Assembly: GCA_030647005.1 (NCBI GenBank)
Contig: JAUSKG010000021.1
Span: 27,105 to 91,104, forward strand
Reading direction: 5' to 3'
DNA length: 64,000 nt
Source: a bacterium
GTDB taxonomy: Bacteria > Patescibacteriota > Patescibacteriia > JACPHY01
Shown here: positions 11,776 through 21,790 of the stretch, piece by piece
How the letters are laid out: every line of letters begins with the position of its first letter
Numbering within the stretch: the first letter of the stretch is position 1
Made by a program: the position numbers and the translations under genes
The notes under the pieces: generated by a model
Told to the model about the DNA's origin: nothing
The model's input: the letters and a program-made list of their open reading frames with translations, nothing else
Database searches by the model: none

Positions 11776-12426
11776 ATGCTGCAAGCAGCGGTATACAACC
11801 AGGCGGGCGAGAAGACGGGGGCCATGGAACTCCCCCCGCAGGTGTTTGGCGTTGCGCCGAGCTCCGCAGTTCTCCACCAGGTCATCGTTGCCCAGGAAGC
11901 AAATGCGCGTCACGCGATTGCACACACGAAGACGCGCGGCGAGGTCTCTGGCGGCGGCAAGAAGCCGTGGAAGCAGAAGGGGACGGGTCGTGCGCGCGCG
12001 GGCTCCACGCGTTCGCCGCTCTGGGTAGGAGGCGGAACCACGTTCGGCCCACGATCCGTGCGAAACTTTGCGCTGCGCATCAATACGAAAATGCGACGCC
12101 AGGCCGTGCGCATGGCGCTCTCGGATAAGGTTTCTGCGGAGCGGTTTCTCATCGTGGAGGAGTTTACGCCCGTTGCGGGCAAGACGAAGGAAGCAGCAGC
12201 GATTCTTCACGCGCTCAGCGCAGTGGTACCAACGGAGCGTCGTGCTCCATCCGTTCTCGTCGTACTCGATCAGTCGCAGCGGGGTGCCGCGCGGAGCATG
12301 CGGAACCTCCCGCGTACGTCTGGCATTGATGCGGCGCACCTCAACACGCGAGACATCGTGAAGCACGATCTCATTGTGGCAACACGTGAGGCGGTTGCAA
12401 CGATGATCGAGCGACTCAACCCGTAG
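11776..12426 (+). CDS. rplD: 50S ribosomal protein L4
   Basis: TKTRGEVSGGGKKPWKQKGTGRARAGS. Confidence 0.98.
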   Translation: MLQAAVYNQAGEKTGAMELPPQVFGVAPSSAVLHQVIVAQEANARHAIAHTKTRGEVSGGGKKPWKQKGTGRARAGSTRSPLWVGGGTTFGPRSVRNFALRINTKMRRQAVRMALSDKVSAERFLIVEEFTPVAGKTKEAAAILHALSAVVPTERRAPSVLVVLDQSQRGAARSMRNLPRTSGIDAAHLNTRDIVKHDLIVATREAVATMIERLNP

Positions 12427-12427
12427 T

Positions 12428-12826
12428 ATGGCATTCCTCAAGCGCAAGCACACTGCAAAAGATGTCGTGACGCAGCAGGCCTCTGCACCGACACCGCCTG
12501 CTCCGGCGAGTGCTGCGACGATCGCATCGCGCCCGTCGAACGTGTTGCCGTACCCGGTACTCCTCGAGCCCTACCTGACCGAGAAATCGAGCATCCTTGC
12601 GGAGCTGGGACAGTACACGTTCCTCGTGCATGGGAAGTCGGAGAAGGTGCAGATCGCGCGTGCGATCGCGGATCGGTACCATGTGCATCCTGTGCAGGTC
12701 CGCATCATGCGTACGACGGGGAAGCGTGTCCAGCACGGTCGGACCACCGGTTGGCGCAGCGGGGTGAAGAAGGCGGTCATTACCCTCACGGCCGGTGAGA
12801 CGATGCCGTTTGGTGTGCGCACGTGA
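12428..12826 (+). CDS. rplW: 50S ribosomal protein L23 (N-terminal extension)
   Basis: PYLTEKS...YTFLV...KKAVITL; operon position. Confidence 0.95.
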   Translation: MAFLKRKHTAKDVVTQQASAPTPPAPASAATIASRPSNVLPYPVLLEPYLTEKSSILAELGQYTFLVHGKSEKVQIARAIADRYHVHPVQVRIMRTTGKRVQHGRTTGWRSGVKKAVITLTAGETMPFGVRT

Positions 12827-12845
12827 CGCAGCATTCTCGAACACT

Positions 12846-13688
12846 ATGCCCCTCGTCATCTACAAACCAACGAGTGCAGCGCGACGGAAGACCTCCATCG
12901 TGCGTGGTGAGGTGGATACACGGAAACCGGAGAAACGGCTGCTCATCACCAAGAAATCCACCGGAGGGCGAAACGCCCAGGGTCGCATCACCGTCCGCCA
13001 TCGCGGCGGAGGCGTGAAGCGTCGCATCCGATTGGTGGACAACAAGCGACTGCGTTTCCACGATCCGGCAACGGTGATCGCCATTACGTACGATCCGAAC
13101 CGCAATGCACGCCTCGCGCTCGTTTCCTATAAAGATGGCACGAAGTCGTACATCATTGCGCCACATACGATCGAGGTGGGTATGGAAGTGCTCTCCGCAG
13201 CGGAGAAGATCGCCATCCGCGTTGGGAATCGTATGCCGCTCGAGCATATCCCGACGGGGATGCTCGTCCACGATGTCGAACTCCAGCCGATGCAGGGAGC
13301 GAAGCTCGCGCGCGGTGCGGGCGTTGGTGTGCAGCTCATGGCGATTGAGGGGAAGTACGCGCAGCTCAAGTTGCCGTCCGGCGAGGTACGCCTCGTCCCC
13401 AAGACGTGTGCCGCAACGATTGGGCAGGTCGGGAACCCGGATGCGCGTCTCGTGCGCACGGGGAAGGCCGGCCGCACGCGACGGCTGGGCATTCGTCCGA
13501 CGGTCCGCGGGAAGGTCATGAACCCGGTGGACCATCCCCACGGCGGCGGTGAGGGTCGCAACTCCATCGGTCTCACGCACCCGAAGACGAAGTGGGGGCG
13601 ACACGCACTGGGCGTGAAGACGCGCCGGAAGAAGAAGTGGAGCAGCGTGCTCATCGTCAAGCGTCGGAAGCCGAAGAAGCGCAAGTAA
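12846..13688 (+). CDS. rplB: 50S ribosomal protein L2
   Basis: GRITVRHRGGG, YDPNRNARLAL, MNPVDHPHGGGEG. Confidence 0.99.
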   Translation: MPLVIYKPTSAARRKTSIVRGEVDTRKPEKRLLITKKSTGGRNAQGRITVRHRGGGVKRRIRLVDNKRLRFHDPATVIAITYDPNRNARLALVSYKDGTKSYIIAPHTIEVGMEVLSAAEKIAIRVGNRMPLEHIPTGMLVHDVELQPMQGAKLARGAGVGVQLMAIEGKYAQLKLPSGEVRLVPKTCAATIGQVGNPDARLVRTGKAGRTRRLGIRPTVRGKVMNPVDHPHGGGEGRNSIGLTHPKTKWGRHALGVKTRRKKKWSSVLIVKRRKPKKRK

Positions 13689-13774
13689 GCTGCAAGCCGA
13701 CAGCTTCAAGCTCCAAGTCAGGAATGCGGTACGACGTCGTTCTGAACTTGCAGCTTGCAGCTGACCGCTGCAGC
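13688..13774. repeat. Heptamer-periodic hairpin element 1 (rplB-rpsS spacer)
   Basis: AGCTGCA-AGCCGAC-AGCTTCA-AGCTCCA... pairs with ...CTTGCAG-CTTGCAG-CTGACCG-CTGCAGC. Confidence 0.8.
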
Positions 13775-13781
13775 ACCCCCT

Positions 13782-14069
13782 ATGTCTCGATCCCTCAAGA
13801 AAGGACCGTTCACGGATCCCAAGCTCATGAAGAAGGTTGGGAAGCTCAAGGTTGGTGATCACACGATCATCAAGACGTGGGCTCGTGCGTCGACGATCAC
13901 GCCGGTCATGGTGGGCTTCACGTTCGCCGTACACGATGGTCGCAAGCACGTTCCCGTGAAGATCTCGGAGCAGATGGTGGGGCACAAACTTGGAGAGTTC
14001 GCATCAACCCGAACGTTCCGCAGGCACGGAGGGAAGCTCGTGAAGGCCGAGGCGCAGCAGAAGAAGTAA
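13782..14069 (+). CDS. rpsS: 30S ribosomal protein S19
   Basis: [10 protein letters not shown]...MVGHKLGEF. Confidence 0.98.
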   Translation: MSRSLKKGPFTDPKLMKKVGKLKVGDHTIIKTWARASTITPVMVGFTFAVHDGRKHVPVKISEQMVGHKLGEFASTRTFRRHGGKLVKAEAQQKK

Positions 14070-14073
14070 CGAT

Positions 14074-14643
14074 ATGCAGGTCACCGCACATCTCAGCCGA
14101 CTCCGCATGTCACCGCGCAAGGTTCGCCTCGTTGCGAATCTCGTGCGTGGTATGGACGTTGTGGAGGCAGATGCACAGCTCGCGAATCTCGCGAAAGCCG
14201 CAGCGCGACCCATGCGGAAGCTCGTTGCTTCCGCGGTAGCGAATGCGGTGCACAATTTCGCGTTCGATGCGGGGAATCTGTTCATCGAGAACGTGCTCGT
14301 GGATCAGGGTCCGACGCTGAAGCGCTTCCGCGCTCGCGCGTTCGGGCGCGCTGCAACGATCCGCAAGCGGACGAGCCACATCACGGTCGTCCTCGGTGAA
14401 CGCACACCGACATCGCCGGAGTCGCGGCCGACTCCTGCGGGCAAGCAGCGGGCCACGCCGATCACCCCAACGATGGTCGCCGATCGCGCGACGGCAGTCC
14501 GTGAACAGGCGACATCTGCAGAGGAGGACGAAGCGGGTGGCGCGCCCACCGCGAAGACCTGGAAGCAGGATGCAGGCAAGAGCGTCGGCAGGCAGCGCGG
14601 GTTCTTCCGTCAGTTCATGAATCGTCGTTCCGGCGAGCGGTAA
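14074..14643 (+). CDS. rplV: 50S ribosomal protein L22 (long C-terminal extension)
   Basis: SPRKVRLVANLVRG...RARAFGRAATIRKRTSHITVV. Confidence 0.97.
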   Translation: MQVTAHLSRLRMSPRKVRLVANLVRGMDVVEADAQLANLAKAAARPMRKLVASAVANAVHNFAFDAGNLFIENVLVDQGPTLKRFRARAFGRAATIRKRTSHITVVLGERTPTSPESRPTPAGKQRATPITPTMVADRATAVREQATSAEEDEAGGAPTAKTWKQDAGKSVGRQRGFFRQFMNRRSGER

Positions 14644-14658
14644 GTGGAACCGAAAGGT

Positions 14659-15345
14659 ATGGGAAAGAAAGTTCACCCAACGGCATTCCGACTTGGTATT
14701 CTCACGACATGGTCGTCGCGTTGGTTCGCCGACCGTCGGTCCTACCGCACGTACCTCGAGCAGGACGTGGGAATTCGTACGATGATCAAGTCGCGGTTCC
14801 GTGAGGCGGGTATCGCGGATGTCGTCATCGAGCGCAACGCGAAGAACATCGCGGTGACGGTTCACGCATCACGCCCCGGTGTCGTCATTGGGCGCGGTGG
14901 ACAGGGCGCAGAGAAGCTCAAGCAGGATATCCGCACGAAGTACTTCGTCGGTGCCGACTCCTCGGTGCTCCAGCTCAACATTGTGGAAGTCGAGCGCGCT
15001 GCGCTCAGTGCGCCCGTCGTTGTGCAGCAGGTGATCCAGGAGATCGAGCAGCGTATGCCATTCCGTCGAGTGCTTCGGCAGGCGTTGGGTCGCGTGGAGC
15101 GTGCCGGCGCGCTCGGTGCACGCATCCAGGTCTCCGGACGCCTGAACGGCGCTGAAATCGCACGGCGGGAGTCGGTGCGTGTCGGATCAGTCCCACTCCA
15201 GACCCTCCGTGCTGATATCAGCTACGCGCAGGACTTCGCCAAAACGATCTACGGTTCGATCGGCGTGAAGGTGTGGATTTACCGTGGCGAGGTGTTCGAG
15301 GAGAAGCGAGGAGAGCACCGTCGCGCTCCTCTTGCACGGAAGTAG
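14659..15345 (+). CDS. rpsC: 30S ribosomal protein S3
   Basis: MGKKVHPTAFRLG...SGRLNGAEIAR...PLQTLRADI. Confidence 0.98.
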   Translation: MGKKVHPTAFRLGILTTWSSRWFADRRSYRTYLEQDVGIRTMIKSRFREAGIADVVIERNAKNIAVTVHASRPGVVIGRGGQGAEKLKQDIRTKYFVGADSSVLQLNIVEVERAALSAPVVVQQVIQEIEQRMPFRRVLRQALGRVERAGALGARIQVSGRLNGAEIARRESVRVGSVPLQTLRADISYAQDFAKTIYGSIGVKVWIYRGEVFEEKRGEHRRAPLARK

Positions 15346-15355
15346 TCCATCATGT

Positions 15356-15766
15356 ATGCTGATGCCGAAGAAGCTCAAACACCGGAAGTTGCACAAGGGC
15401 CGCGGTCGCCGTATGCACCCTGCATCGCGGAAGACGACCGTCGCGTTCGGCGAGCTTGGACTCAAGTCGCTCGGGGAGCACTGGGTGACTGCACGACAGA
15501 TTGAGGCCGCACGTCGTGTCATGAGTCGTGTGACGCGCAAGGGCGGCAAGCTCTGGATTCGCATCTTCCCCGACCATCCGGTGACGGCGAAGGGCAACGA
15601 GGTTCCCATGGGTGGAGGGAAGGGGAATGTGGATCACTACGTCGCGGTGGTGCGTCCGGGGATGGTACTCTTTGAGATTGGCGGGGTCAGCGCAGAGGAG
15701 GCCCGCATGGCCCTGCGACTCGCCGGTCATAAGCTCCCCATGAAGACGAGGGTCGTTGAACGGTAG
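15356..15766 (+). CDS. rplP: 50S ribosomal protein L16
   Basis: MLMPKKLKHRK...QIEAARR...WIRIFPD...MGGGKG. Confidence 0.98.
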   Translation: MLMPKKLKHRKLHKGRGRRMHPASRKTTVAFGELGLKSLGEHWVTARQIEAARRVMSRVTRKGGKLWIRIFPDHPVTAKGNEVPMGGGKGNVDHYVAVVRPGMVLFEIGGVSAEEARMALRLAGHKLPMKTRVVER

Positions 15767-15781
15767 CGCGACGCGTACGGT

Positions 15782-15988
15782 ATGGATATCAAAACAATTC
15801 GTGAAAAATCAGACGCAGAGATTGTGACGCTGCTCGACGAGTATCGCACGAAACTCGAGGAACTTCGCTTTCGCGTCCGTGCTCGTGAGCTGAAGAACGT
15901 CCATGAACTCCAGCATACTCGACGTGCAATCGCGCGTATGCTCACCGTGCGCAACGAGCGCACGCGTGTCGTCGCCTCACCGGTGTAA
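15782..15988 (+). CDS. rpmC: 50S ribosomal protein L29
   Basis: LEELRF...RRAIARMLTV; operon position. Confidence 0.93.
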   Translation: MDIKTIREKSDAEIVTLLDEYRTKLEELRFRVRARELKNVHELQHTRRAIARMLTVRNERTRVVASPV

Positions 15989-15992
15989 CCCT

Positions 15993-16235
15993 ATGGAGAA
16001 GTCCACGAGTACCCTGCGAAAGCTCGAGGGAACCGTCGTCTCGACGGCGATGGAAAAGACGTGCGTCGTTCGCGTTGATGGTTTGAAGATGCACCCGAAG
16101 TACCAGAAGGCATACCGCGTGAAGCGGAACTACCACGTCCATGATCCGGAAGGCCGTGCGCAGGTCGGCATGGTGGTTCAATTCATTGCCTGTCGCCCCA
16201 TTTCGAAAACGAAGCGTTGGCGACTCCTCGCATAA
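15993..16235 (+). CDS. rpsQ: 30S ribosomal protein S17
   Basis: [11 protein letters not shown]...HPKY...RPISKTKRW. Confidence 0.97.
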   Translation: MEKSTSTLRKLEGTVVSTAMEKTCVVRVDGLKMHPKYQKAYRVKRNYHVHDPEGRAQVGMVVQFIACRPISKTKRWRLLA

Positions 16236-16237
16236 GT

Positions 16238-16322
16238 AGCTGCAAGCCGACAGCACCAAGCTCCAAGCTCGGAAGACCGTCCGTAGATTCCGTACTTGCA
16301 GCTTGCGGCTGTCAGCTTCAAA
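16238..16322. repeat. Heptamer-periodic hairpin element 2 (rpsQ-rplN spacer)
   Basis: AGCTGCAAGCCGACAGCACCAAGCTCCAAG...CTTGCAGCTTGCGGCTGTCAGCTT. Confidence 0.8.
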
Positions 16323-16330
16323 CTCGCCGT

Positions 16331-16702
16331 ATGATCCAGCATCGAACAATGGTGAAGAGTGCGGATAACACCGGAGCGAAGAAGCTCCAGTGCATCCGCG
16401 TGCTCGGCGGGTACCGGAAGCGCACCGCACGTCTTGGCGATGTGGCGACGTTTGTCATTAAGGAAGCGACTCCGCATAGCGGCGTGAAGAAAAGCGACAT
16501 CGTCCACGCGGTGCTCGTGCGCACGAAGAAGGAGACCCGGCGGCAGGATGGGAGCTACGTGCGCTTCGACGAGAACGCCGTCGTCATCGTGGATAAGAAG
16601 TCGAAGGAACCGAAGGGGACGCGCATCTTTGGCCCGATTGCCCGTGAGTTGCGCGGACAGGGATTTCAGAAAATCATCTCACTGGCCCCCGAGGTGGTGT
16701 GA
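16331..16702 (+). CDS. rplN: 50S ribosomal protein L14
   Basis: ADNTGAKK...FDENAVVIV...GTRIFGP...SLAPEVV. Confidence 0.98.
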   Translation: MIQHRTMVKSADNTGAKKLQCIRVLGGYRKRTARLGDVATFVIKEATPHSGVKKSDIVHAVLVRTKKETRRQDGSYVRFDENAVVIVDKKSKEPKGTRIFGPIARELRGQGFQKIISLAPEVV

Positions 16703-16722
16703 TACGCTTACAGCCCACGCAT

Positions 16723-17034
16723 ATGCGCATCAAAAAAGGCGACACCGTGACGATTCGCACCGGACGTGACCGCGGGAAGGCGGGGAAGGTGCTCCGTACC
16801 ATTCCGGGCCGCAGCGCGGTCGTCGTGGAGGGGTTGAATGTGCTCGTGAAGCACCTCCGTCCACGCAAGCAGGGCGAGCACGGACAGCGCGTGCAGTTTC
16901 CGGCACCGCTCCCCGCATCGCGTGTGATGCTCGTTTGCCCCAAGTGCAGTGGGTCAACGCGGATCGGCATGCGGCGGTTGGAGGATGGATCGCGGCAGCG
17001 GCAGTGCAAGAAGTGCGCGCAGACGTTCGCCTGA
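16723..17034 (+). CDS. rplX: 50S ribosomal protein L24
   Basis: IKKGDTVTIRTGRDRGKAGKV...VVEGLN. Confidence 0.97.
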   Translation: MRIKKGDTVTIRTGRDRGKAGKVLRTIPGRSAVVVEGLNVLVKHLRPRKQGEHGQRVQFPAPLPASRVMLVCPKCSGSTRIGMRRLEDGSRQRQCKKCAQTFA

Positions 17035-17053
17035 AGGACTAGTCACTACTGTT

Positions 17054-17590
17054 ATGACCCTCAAGGAACGCTACCACAAGGAGATTATTCCGAAGCTCAT
17101 GGCAGAGCTCGGCACGCCGAACCCGATGGCCATCCCGCGCATCGAGAAGGTTGTATTGAATTCTGGAACGGGCGGTCCGGCGCGCGGTGACAAGATTGCG
17201 GACATCGCGGCGCAGACCCTCGAGCGCATCTCCGGCCAGCACCCCGTTCGGACGATGGCTCGGAAGTCCATCGCGGCGTTCAAGATTCGCGAGGGGAACG
17301 CCGTTGGCGTTATGGTGACGCTCCGCGGGCAGCGGATGTGGGATTTCCTGGAGAAGTTTATAACGGTTTCCCTCCCGCGCGTTCGTGACTTTCGTGGGCT
17401 CTCGCCAACGAATGTTGACACGCAGGGGAATTGTTCGGTAGGATTTCGAGAGCACGTCATGTTCCCGGAGGTGGCGTCGGATGCGGTGGACCAGATCCAC
17501 GGTTTGCAGGTGACGATCGTGACGAGTGCACACGATCGGAAACGCGGCCTCGCGCTCTTCAGCGCACTGGGGTTCCCCTTTCGGTTGTAA
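17054..17590 (+). CDS. rplE: 50S ribosomal protein L5
   Basis: PRIEKVVLN...[11 protein letters not shown]...LPRVRDFRG. Confidence 0.98.
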   Translation: MTLKERYHKEIIPKLMAELGTPNPMAIPRIEKVVLNSGTGGPARGDKIADIAAQTLERISGQHPVRTMARKSIAAFKIREGNAVGVMVTLRGQRMWDFLEKFITVSLPRVRDFRGLSPTNVDTQGNCSVGFREHVMFPEVASDAVDQIHGLQVTIVTSAHDRKRGLALFSALGFPFRL

Positions 17591-17600
17591 TACTCCTCAT

Positions 17601-17795
17601 ATGGCTCGAACAGCAATCATCGTGAAGGCCGCGCGCTCCCGTGTGAATCCCAAGTTCTCGTCGCGCGTCCTGCGTCGCTGCTGGCGGTGTGCCCGAGGTC
17701 GCGGGTTTATGCGCGATTTCGAGCTCTGTCGCATCTGCTTCCGCGAACTCGCGAACCGTGGTGAACTTCCGGGAATTAAAAAGGCAAGTTGGTGA
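17601..17795 (+). CDS. rpsN: 30S ribosomal protein S14, short Zn-binding type
   Basis: RCWRC...[23 protein letters not shown]. Confidence 0.96.
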   Translation: MARTAIIVKAARSRVNPKFSSRVLRRCWRCARGRGFMRDFELCRICFRELANRGELPGIKKASW

Positions 17796-17800
17796 ATTGT

Positions 17801-17895
17801 AAGCAATAAGCTGACAGCCACAAGCCACAAGCGAGGAACCGTGGACGGCCGAATACACTCCTCACTTGAATCTTGCAGCTGTCAGCTTGCAGCTC
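17801..17895. repeat. Heptamer-periodic hairpin element 3 (rpsN-rpsH spacer)
   Basis: AAGCTGACAGCCACAAGCCACAAGCGAGGA...TCCTCACTTGAATCTTGCAGCTGTCAGCTTGCAGCT. Confidence 0.8.
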
Positions 17896-17901
17896 ATACG
17901 T

Positions 17902-18321
17902 ATGATGACCGACCCGATTGCTGACATGCTCACCCGGATCCGGAATGCACAGTCCGTTGGAAGGCCAACGGTGCAGCTTCCGGCGTCCAAGGTGAAGCGC
18001 GCCATTGCGGAGCTCCTCGCACGCGAGGGGTGGCTTGCCCGCGTGGACGTGCGCACGCCATCTACCGGGAAGCGTGGCGAGCAGTCACCGCATCACGAGC
18101 TCGTCCTCACGCTGCGCTACCGTCGGCCTGGAGAACCACAGATTCAGTCCATTCGTCGCATCTCACGGCCGGGTCATCGCGTCTACGTCAAGCATGGAGC
18201 GATCCCGACGGTGAAGCGTGGAGCTGGTATGGCAATCCTTTCCACCCCACAGGGGATTGTGACGAACCGTGAGGCGAAGGTCGCGGGTATCGGCGGCGAA
18301 CTCATTTGTGAACTGTACTGA
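17902..18321 (+). CDS. rpsH: 30S ribosomal protein S8
   Basis: MTDPIADMLTRIRNA...RISRPG...GGELICELY. Confidence 0.98.
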   Translation: MMTDPIADMLTRIRNAQSVGRPTVQLPASKVKRAIAELLAREGWLARVDVRTPSTGKRGEQSPHHELVLTLRYRRPGEPQIQSIRRISRPGHRVYVKHGAIPTVKRGAGMAILSTPQGIVTNREAKVAGIGGELICELY

Positions 18322-18368
18322 AGGAGCCCGTGTGCGTCGCCGTTCGTCAACCGTATACCCACCAACGT

Positions 18369-18917
18369 ATGAGTCGAATCGGGAAACAACCCATCCGCAT
18401 TCCGGACCAGGTCACCGTTACACGGGGAGATGGTCGTGCGGTCGTGCGTGGACCAAAGGGTGAAGTCCTCGTACCAATTCACCGCAACGTGATGGTGGAC
18501 GAGCAGGGAGGAGTGCTCACCGTCACCGTCGTGCGACCGAACGTCAAGGATGATCGCGCGCTCTGGGGGCTCACGACGCGACTCCTCACGAACGCGATCC
18601 TCGGTGTCACCGTTGGCTACACGAAGCGGCTTGAGGTTCATGGCGTTGGTTTTCGCGTGACGGCGAAGGGGAGTACACTCGAGTTCCTCCTTGGATACTC
18701 GCATCCAGTCCCCTTCGAGCTGCCGGACGGCGTGACGGCGACCATCGAGAAGAATACGGTGACCGTTTCCGGTATTGACAAGCAGCTCGTCGGCGAAGTC
18801 GCGGCGAAGATGCACGCGCTCCGGAAACCCGATGCGTACCACGGAAAGGGCGTGCGGTACTCTGGCGTGATCCTGAAGCTCAAGCCCGGGAAGGCCGCGA
18901 AGGGAGCCGGAGGGTAG
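18369..18917 (+). CDS. rplF: 50S ribosomal protein L6
   Basis: MSRIGKQPI...LGYSHP...PDAYHGKGVRY. Confidence 0.98.
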   Translation: MSRIGKQPIRIPDQVTVTRGDGRAVVRGPKGEVLVPIHRNVMVDEQGGVLTVTVVRPNVKDDRALWGLTTRLLTNAILGVTVGYTKRLEVHGVGFRVTAKGSTLEFLLGYSHPVPFELPDGVTATIEKNTVTVSGIDKQLVGEVAAKMHALRKPDAYHGKGVRYSGVILKLKPGKAAKGAGG

Positions 18918-18944
18918 GCGTTCACCATTTGTACACTGATACGT

Positions 18945-19310
18945 ATGTCCAAGCGTTTCATCATTCGCATGTCACCGCGAGCACGTCGCCACCGACGCGT
19001 GCGTGCGCGTATCATCGGTACCGCGCAGCGGCCGCGGCTTTCGGTTTTTCGTAGTGCGAAACACGTGTACGCGCAGCTCATTGACGATGCTGCCGGCCGC
19101 ACCGTTGCAGCCGCATCTGATAGCGATGTCTCCGTGAGCGATACCGCATCACGGAAGACCGCCATCGCGCATGCGGTCGGGGGTGTACTCGCGAAGCGTG
19201 CAGTGGCACTCGGGGTCTCTGCGGTGGTGTTCGATCGTGGCGGGTACACGTACCACGGCCGTGTGCAGGCAGTCGCAGACGGCGCGCGTGAGGGCGGTCT
19301 CACTCTGTAG
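18945..19310 (+). CDS. rplR: 50S ribosomal protein L18
   Basis: RPRLSVFRS...[13 protein letters not shown]. Confidence 0.98.
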   Translation: MSKRFIIRMSPRARRHRRVRARIIGTAQRPRLSVFRSAKHVYAQLIDDAAGRTVAAASDSDVSVSDTASRKTAIAHAVGGVLAKRAVALGVSAVVFDRGGYTYHGRVQAVADGAREGGLTL

Positions 19311-19341
19311 GTGGCGTTGAGCACCAAATACAACGATGCGT

Positions 19342-19908
19342 ATGCCAGGAATAAAGGACAAGAAGACCGAGGCGCGACCGTCGGGAGCGCGTGGTCGCGG
19401 TGCCGCAGGGGGGCGGGGACGCCCCGATGGTCGCGGGCGCGGGCCACGTCGTGGTGAGCACGAGCGCGAGAAGGAGGAGTTCGAGCAGAAGATTCTCGAC
19501 CTCGCGCGCGTCACACGCGTGACGGCAGGCGGCAAGCGCATGCGTTTCCGTGCGTGCGTTTGCTTGGGTGACAAGAAGGGCCGCGTTGGTATCGGTGTCG
19601 CGAAGGGTGCCGATGTCTCCACCGCGATCTCGAAGGCGACCACGCGCGCGAAGCGGGAGATTATCACCGTGCCGATGGATCGCGAGACCATCCCCCATGA
19701 CATCGAGGTGAAGTTTAAGGCCGCGAAGGTCCTCATGAAGCCCGCACCGAAAGGGAGCGGCATCATTGCCGGTGGTGTGGTGCGGCTCGTCCTCGATCTC
19801 GCAGGCGTGTCGAACGTCTCCGCGAAAATGCTCGGATCATCGAACAAGGTATCCAATGCGAAGGCGACCATGCTCGCGCTCTCCTCGCTTCGTGCTCGCA
19901 CGCGTTGA
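19342..19908 (+). CDS. rpsE: 30S ribosomal protein S5
   Basis: RVTRVTAGGKRMRF...KPAPKGSGIIAGG. Confidence 0.98.
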   Translation: MPGIKDKKTEARPSGARGRGAAGGRGRPDGRGRGPRRGEHEREKEEFEQKILDLARVTRVTAGGKRMRFRACVCLGDKKGRVGIGVAKGADVSTAISKATTRAKREIITVPMDRETIPHDIEVKFKAAKVLMKPAPKGSGIIAGGVVRLVLDLAGVSNVSAKMLGSSNKVSNAKATMLALSSLRARTR

Positions 19909-19918
19909 GCTCCCACCT

Positions 19919-20368
19919 ATGTACTCCCTCCACACGCTCAAGCCATCTCCGAAGAGCACCCACACGACGAAGCGACTTGGTCGCGGTCATGGTTCTGGTC
20001 GCGGGAAGACCGCAGGGCGCGGCACGAAAGGACAGAAGGCCCGCAGCGGCGGTCGCGGCGGTCTCAAGCGACTCGGCATGCGTCCGATGCTCCTCCAACA
20101 GCCCAAGAAGCGCGGGTTCCGGAGTCCGCACGAGAAGTGCGCTTCGGTGAACATTGGTGATGTCGCCGCTGCGGTTGCCGCGGGGACAACCGTCACGCCA
20201 AAGATTCTCGTCGGTGTGCGGCTCATCGCGCACCGCCGTCACGGCGCGAAGGTACTCGGTGGTGGCACGTGCGACAAGCAGTTGGTCTTCAAAGGCCTCG
20301 AGGTCTCCGCGAGTGCAAAGGCGAAGATTGAAGCAGCGGGCGGTAGCGTCATCACGGAAACGCGTTGA
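19919..20368 (+). CDS. rplO: 50S ribosomal protein L15
   Basis: RLGRGHGSGRGKTAGRGTKGQKARSG...KIEAAGG. Confidence 0.98.
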   Translation: MYSLHTLKPSPKSTHTTKRLGRGHGSGRGKTAGRGTKGQKARSGGRGGLKRLGMRPMLLQQPKKRGFRSPHEKCASVNIGDVAAAVAAGTTVTPKILVGVRLIAHRRHGAKVLGGGTCDKQLVFKGLEVSASAKAKIEAAGGSVITETR

Positions 20369-20402
20369 GCACACGTCGGTGATGCCGACGCGTGCAGGAG
20401 TT

Positions 20403-21686
20403 ATGCTCGATACGCTCAAGACCATGTGGAAGGTGCGCGAGGTCAGGAACGCCATCCTGTTCGTCTTGGGCATGCTCGCCATTTTCCGATTCCTCGCGCA
20501 CATTCCGGTGCCCGGTGTTGATGTTGCAGCACTCGAGCAATTCTTCGCGTCGAGCGCAATCCTCGGACTCCTCAACGTCTTTTCCGGAGGCACCATGGAG
20601 AACTTCTCCATCGTCGCGTTGGGTGTAGCACCGTTCATCACCGCGTCCATCATCTTCCAGCTCCTCGGGATGGTCATTCCGGCGATCGAGGAACTCCAGA
20701 AGGAGGGCGAGTACGGTCGGCGGAAGATCAACCAGTACACGCGTCTCCTCTCCATCCCGCTCTCCATCATGCAGGGGTTTGGACTCATGACGCTCGTGCG
20801 CCAGTCCAATGCGGCAATCCTCCCGGACCTCAGCATCATGCAGACCGTCATGCTCCTCACGACGGTGACCGCGGGCACGGTATTCCTCATGTGGCTCGGC
20901 GAGCTCATCTCGGAGAAGAACGTCGGCAACGGCATTTCGCTCATGATTTTCGCTGGCATCATCTCGATACTCCCGCAGGCCGTCCAGCAGACGGCACTCA
21001 CGTTTGATGTTTCGCGGCTCGTACAGCTCCTCGTCTTCGTCATACTCGCGATCGTGACGATCATTGGCGTGGTCGCGCTCACCGAGGCACAGCGGAACAT
21101 CCCCGTCTCCTACGCGCGGCGCGTTCGCGGGATGCGCATGGTGGGGGGGTTGAACACGCACCTGCCATTGCGCGTGAACATGGCCGGTGTTATCCCCATC
21201 ATCTTCGCAATCTCCATCATCCTCTTCCCACCGCTCCTCGGGCAGTTCTTCATCCACGCGAAGACCGCGTGGATCGCGCGCGGTGCCGAGCTCATGATCA
21301 CCATCTTCCAGAACCAAGTGTTCTACGGCATCGCGTACTTTTCCCTCGTGTTCATCTTCACGTTCTTCTACACTGCCGTCGTGTTCCACCCACAGCAGAT
21401 TGCGGAGAATCTTCAGAAGCAGGGTGGTTTCATTCCAGGCATTCGGCCTGGCCGCGCGACAGCCGAGTATCTCCAGTTCGTGACGAATCGTATCATCTTC
21501 TTTGGCGCGGCATCCCTCGGTCTCATTGCCATCCTCCCGATCCTCACCCAGCCGCTCATCCCGGGCGCCGCGCAGCTCACGACGATCGTCGGCGGCACCT
21601 CACTCCTCATCATCGTCTCCGTCGTCATCGAGAGCGTGAAGCAGGTGGGGAGTCAGCTGACGATGCGCGAGTACGAGGGACTGTGA
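20403..21686 (+). CDS. secY: Preprotein translocase SecY
   Basis: FSIVALGVAPFITASII, GNGISLMIFAGI, GFIPGIRPG, GGTSLLI. Confidence 0.99.
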   Translation: MLDTLKTMWKVREVRNAILFVLGMLAIFRFLAHIPVPGVDVAALEQFFASSAILGLLNVFSGGTMENFSIVALGVAPFITASIIFQLLGMVIPAIEELQKEGEYGRRKINQYTRLLSIPLSIMQGFGLMTLVRQSNAAILPDLSIMQTVMLLTTVTAGTVFLMWLGELISEKNVGNGISLMIFAGIISILPQAVQQTALTFDVSRLVQLLVFVILAIVTIIGVVALTEAQRNIPVSYARRVRGMRMVGGLNTHLPLRVNMAGVIPIIFAISIILFPPLLGQFFIHAKTAWIARGAELMITIFQNQVFYGIAYFSLVFIFTFFYTAVVFHPQQIAENLQKQGGFIPGIRPGRATAEYLQFVTNRIIFFGAASLGLIAILPILTQPLIPGAAQLTTIVGGTSLLIIVSVVIESVKQVGSQLTMREYEGL

Positions 21687-21790
21687 GGAAACGCAGAATG
21701 AAGAACGTAGAATGCAGAACTGAGGACCCCCGCGGCAGATGCCGAACGGGGGTTTGGTATACTGCGGGGGATGAGAGACGATAGTGTACT

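Noticed and set aside
20154-20402. Long N-terminal extensions in the ORF track (secY, ruvX, recO, rplO, topA and others)
   Set aside because: They overlap upstream genes. Homology starts at downstream ATGs.
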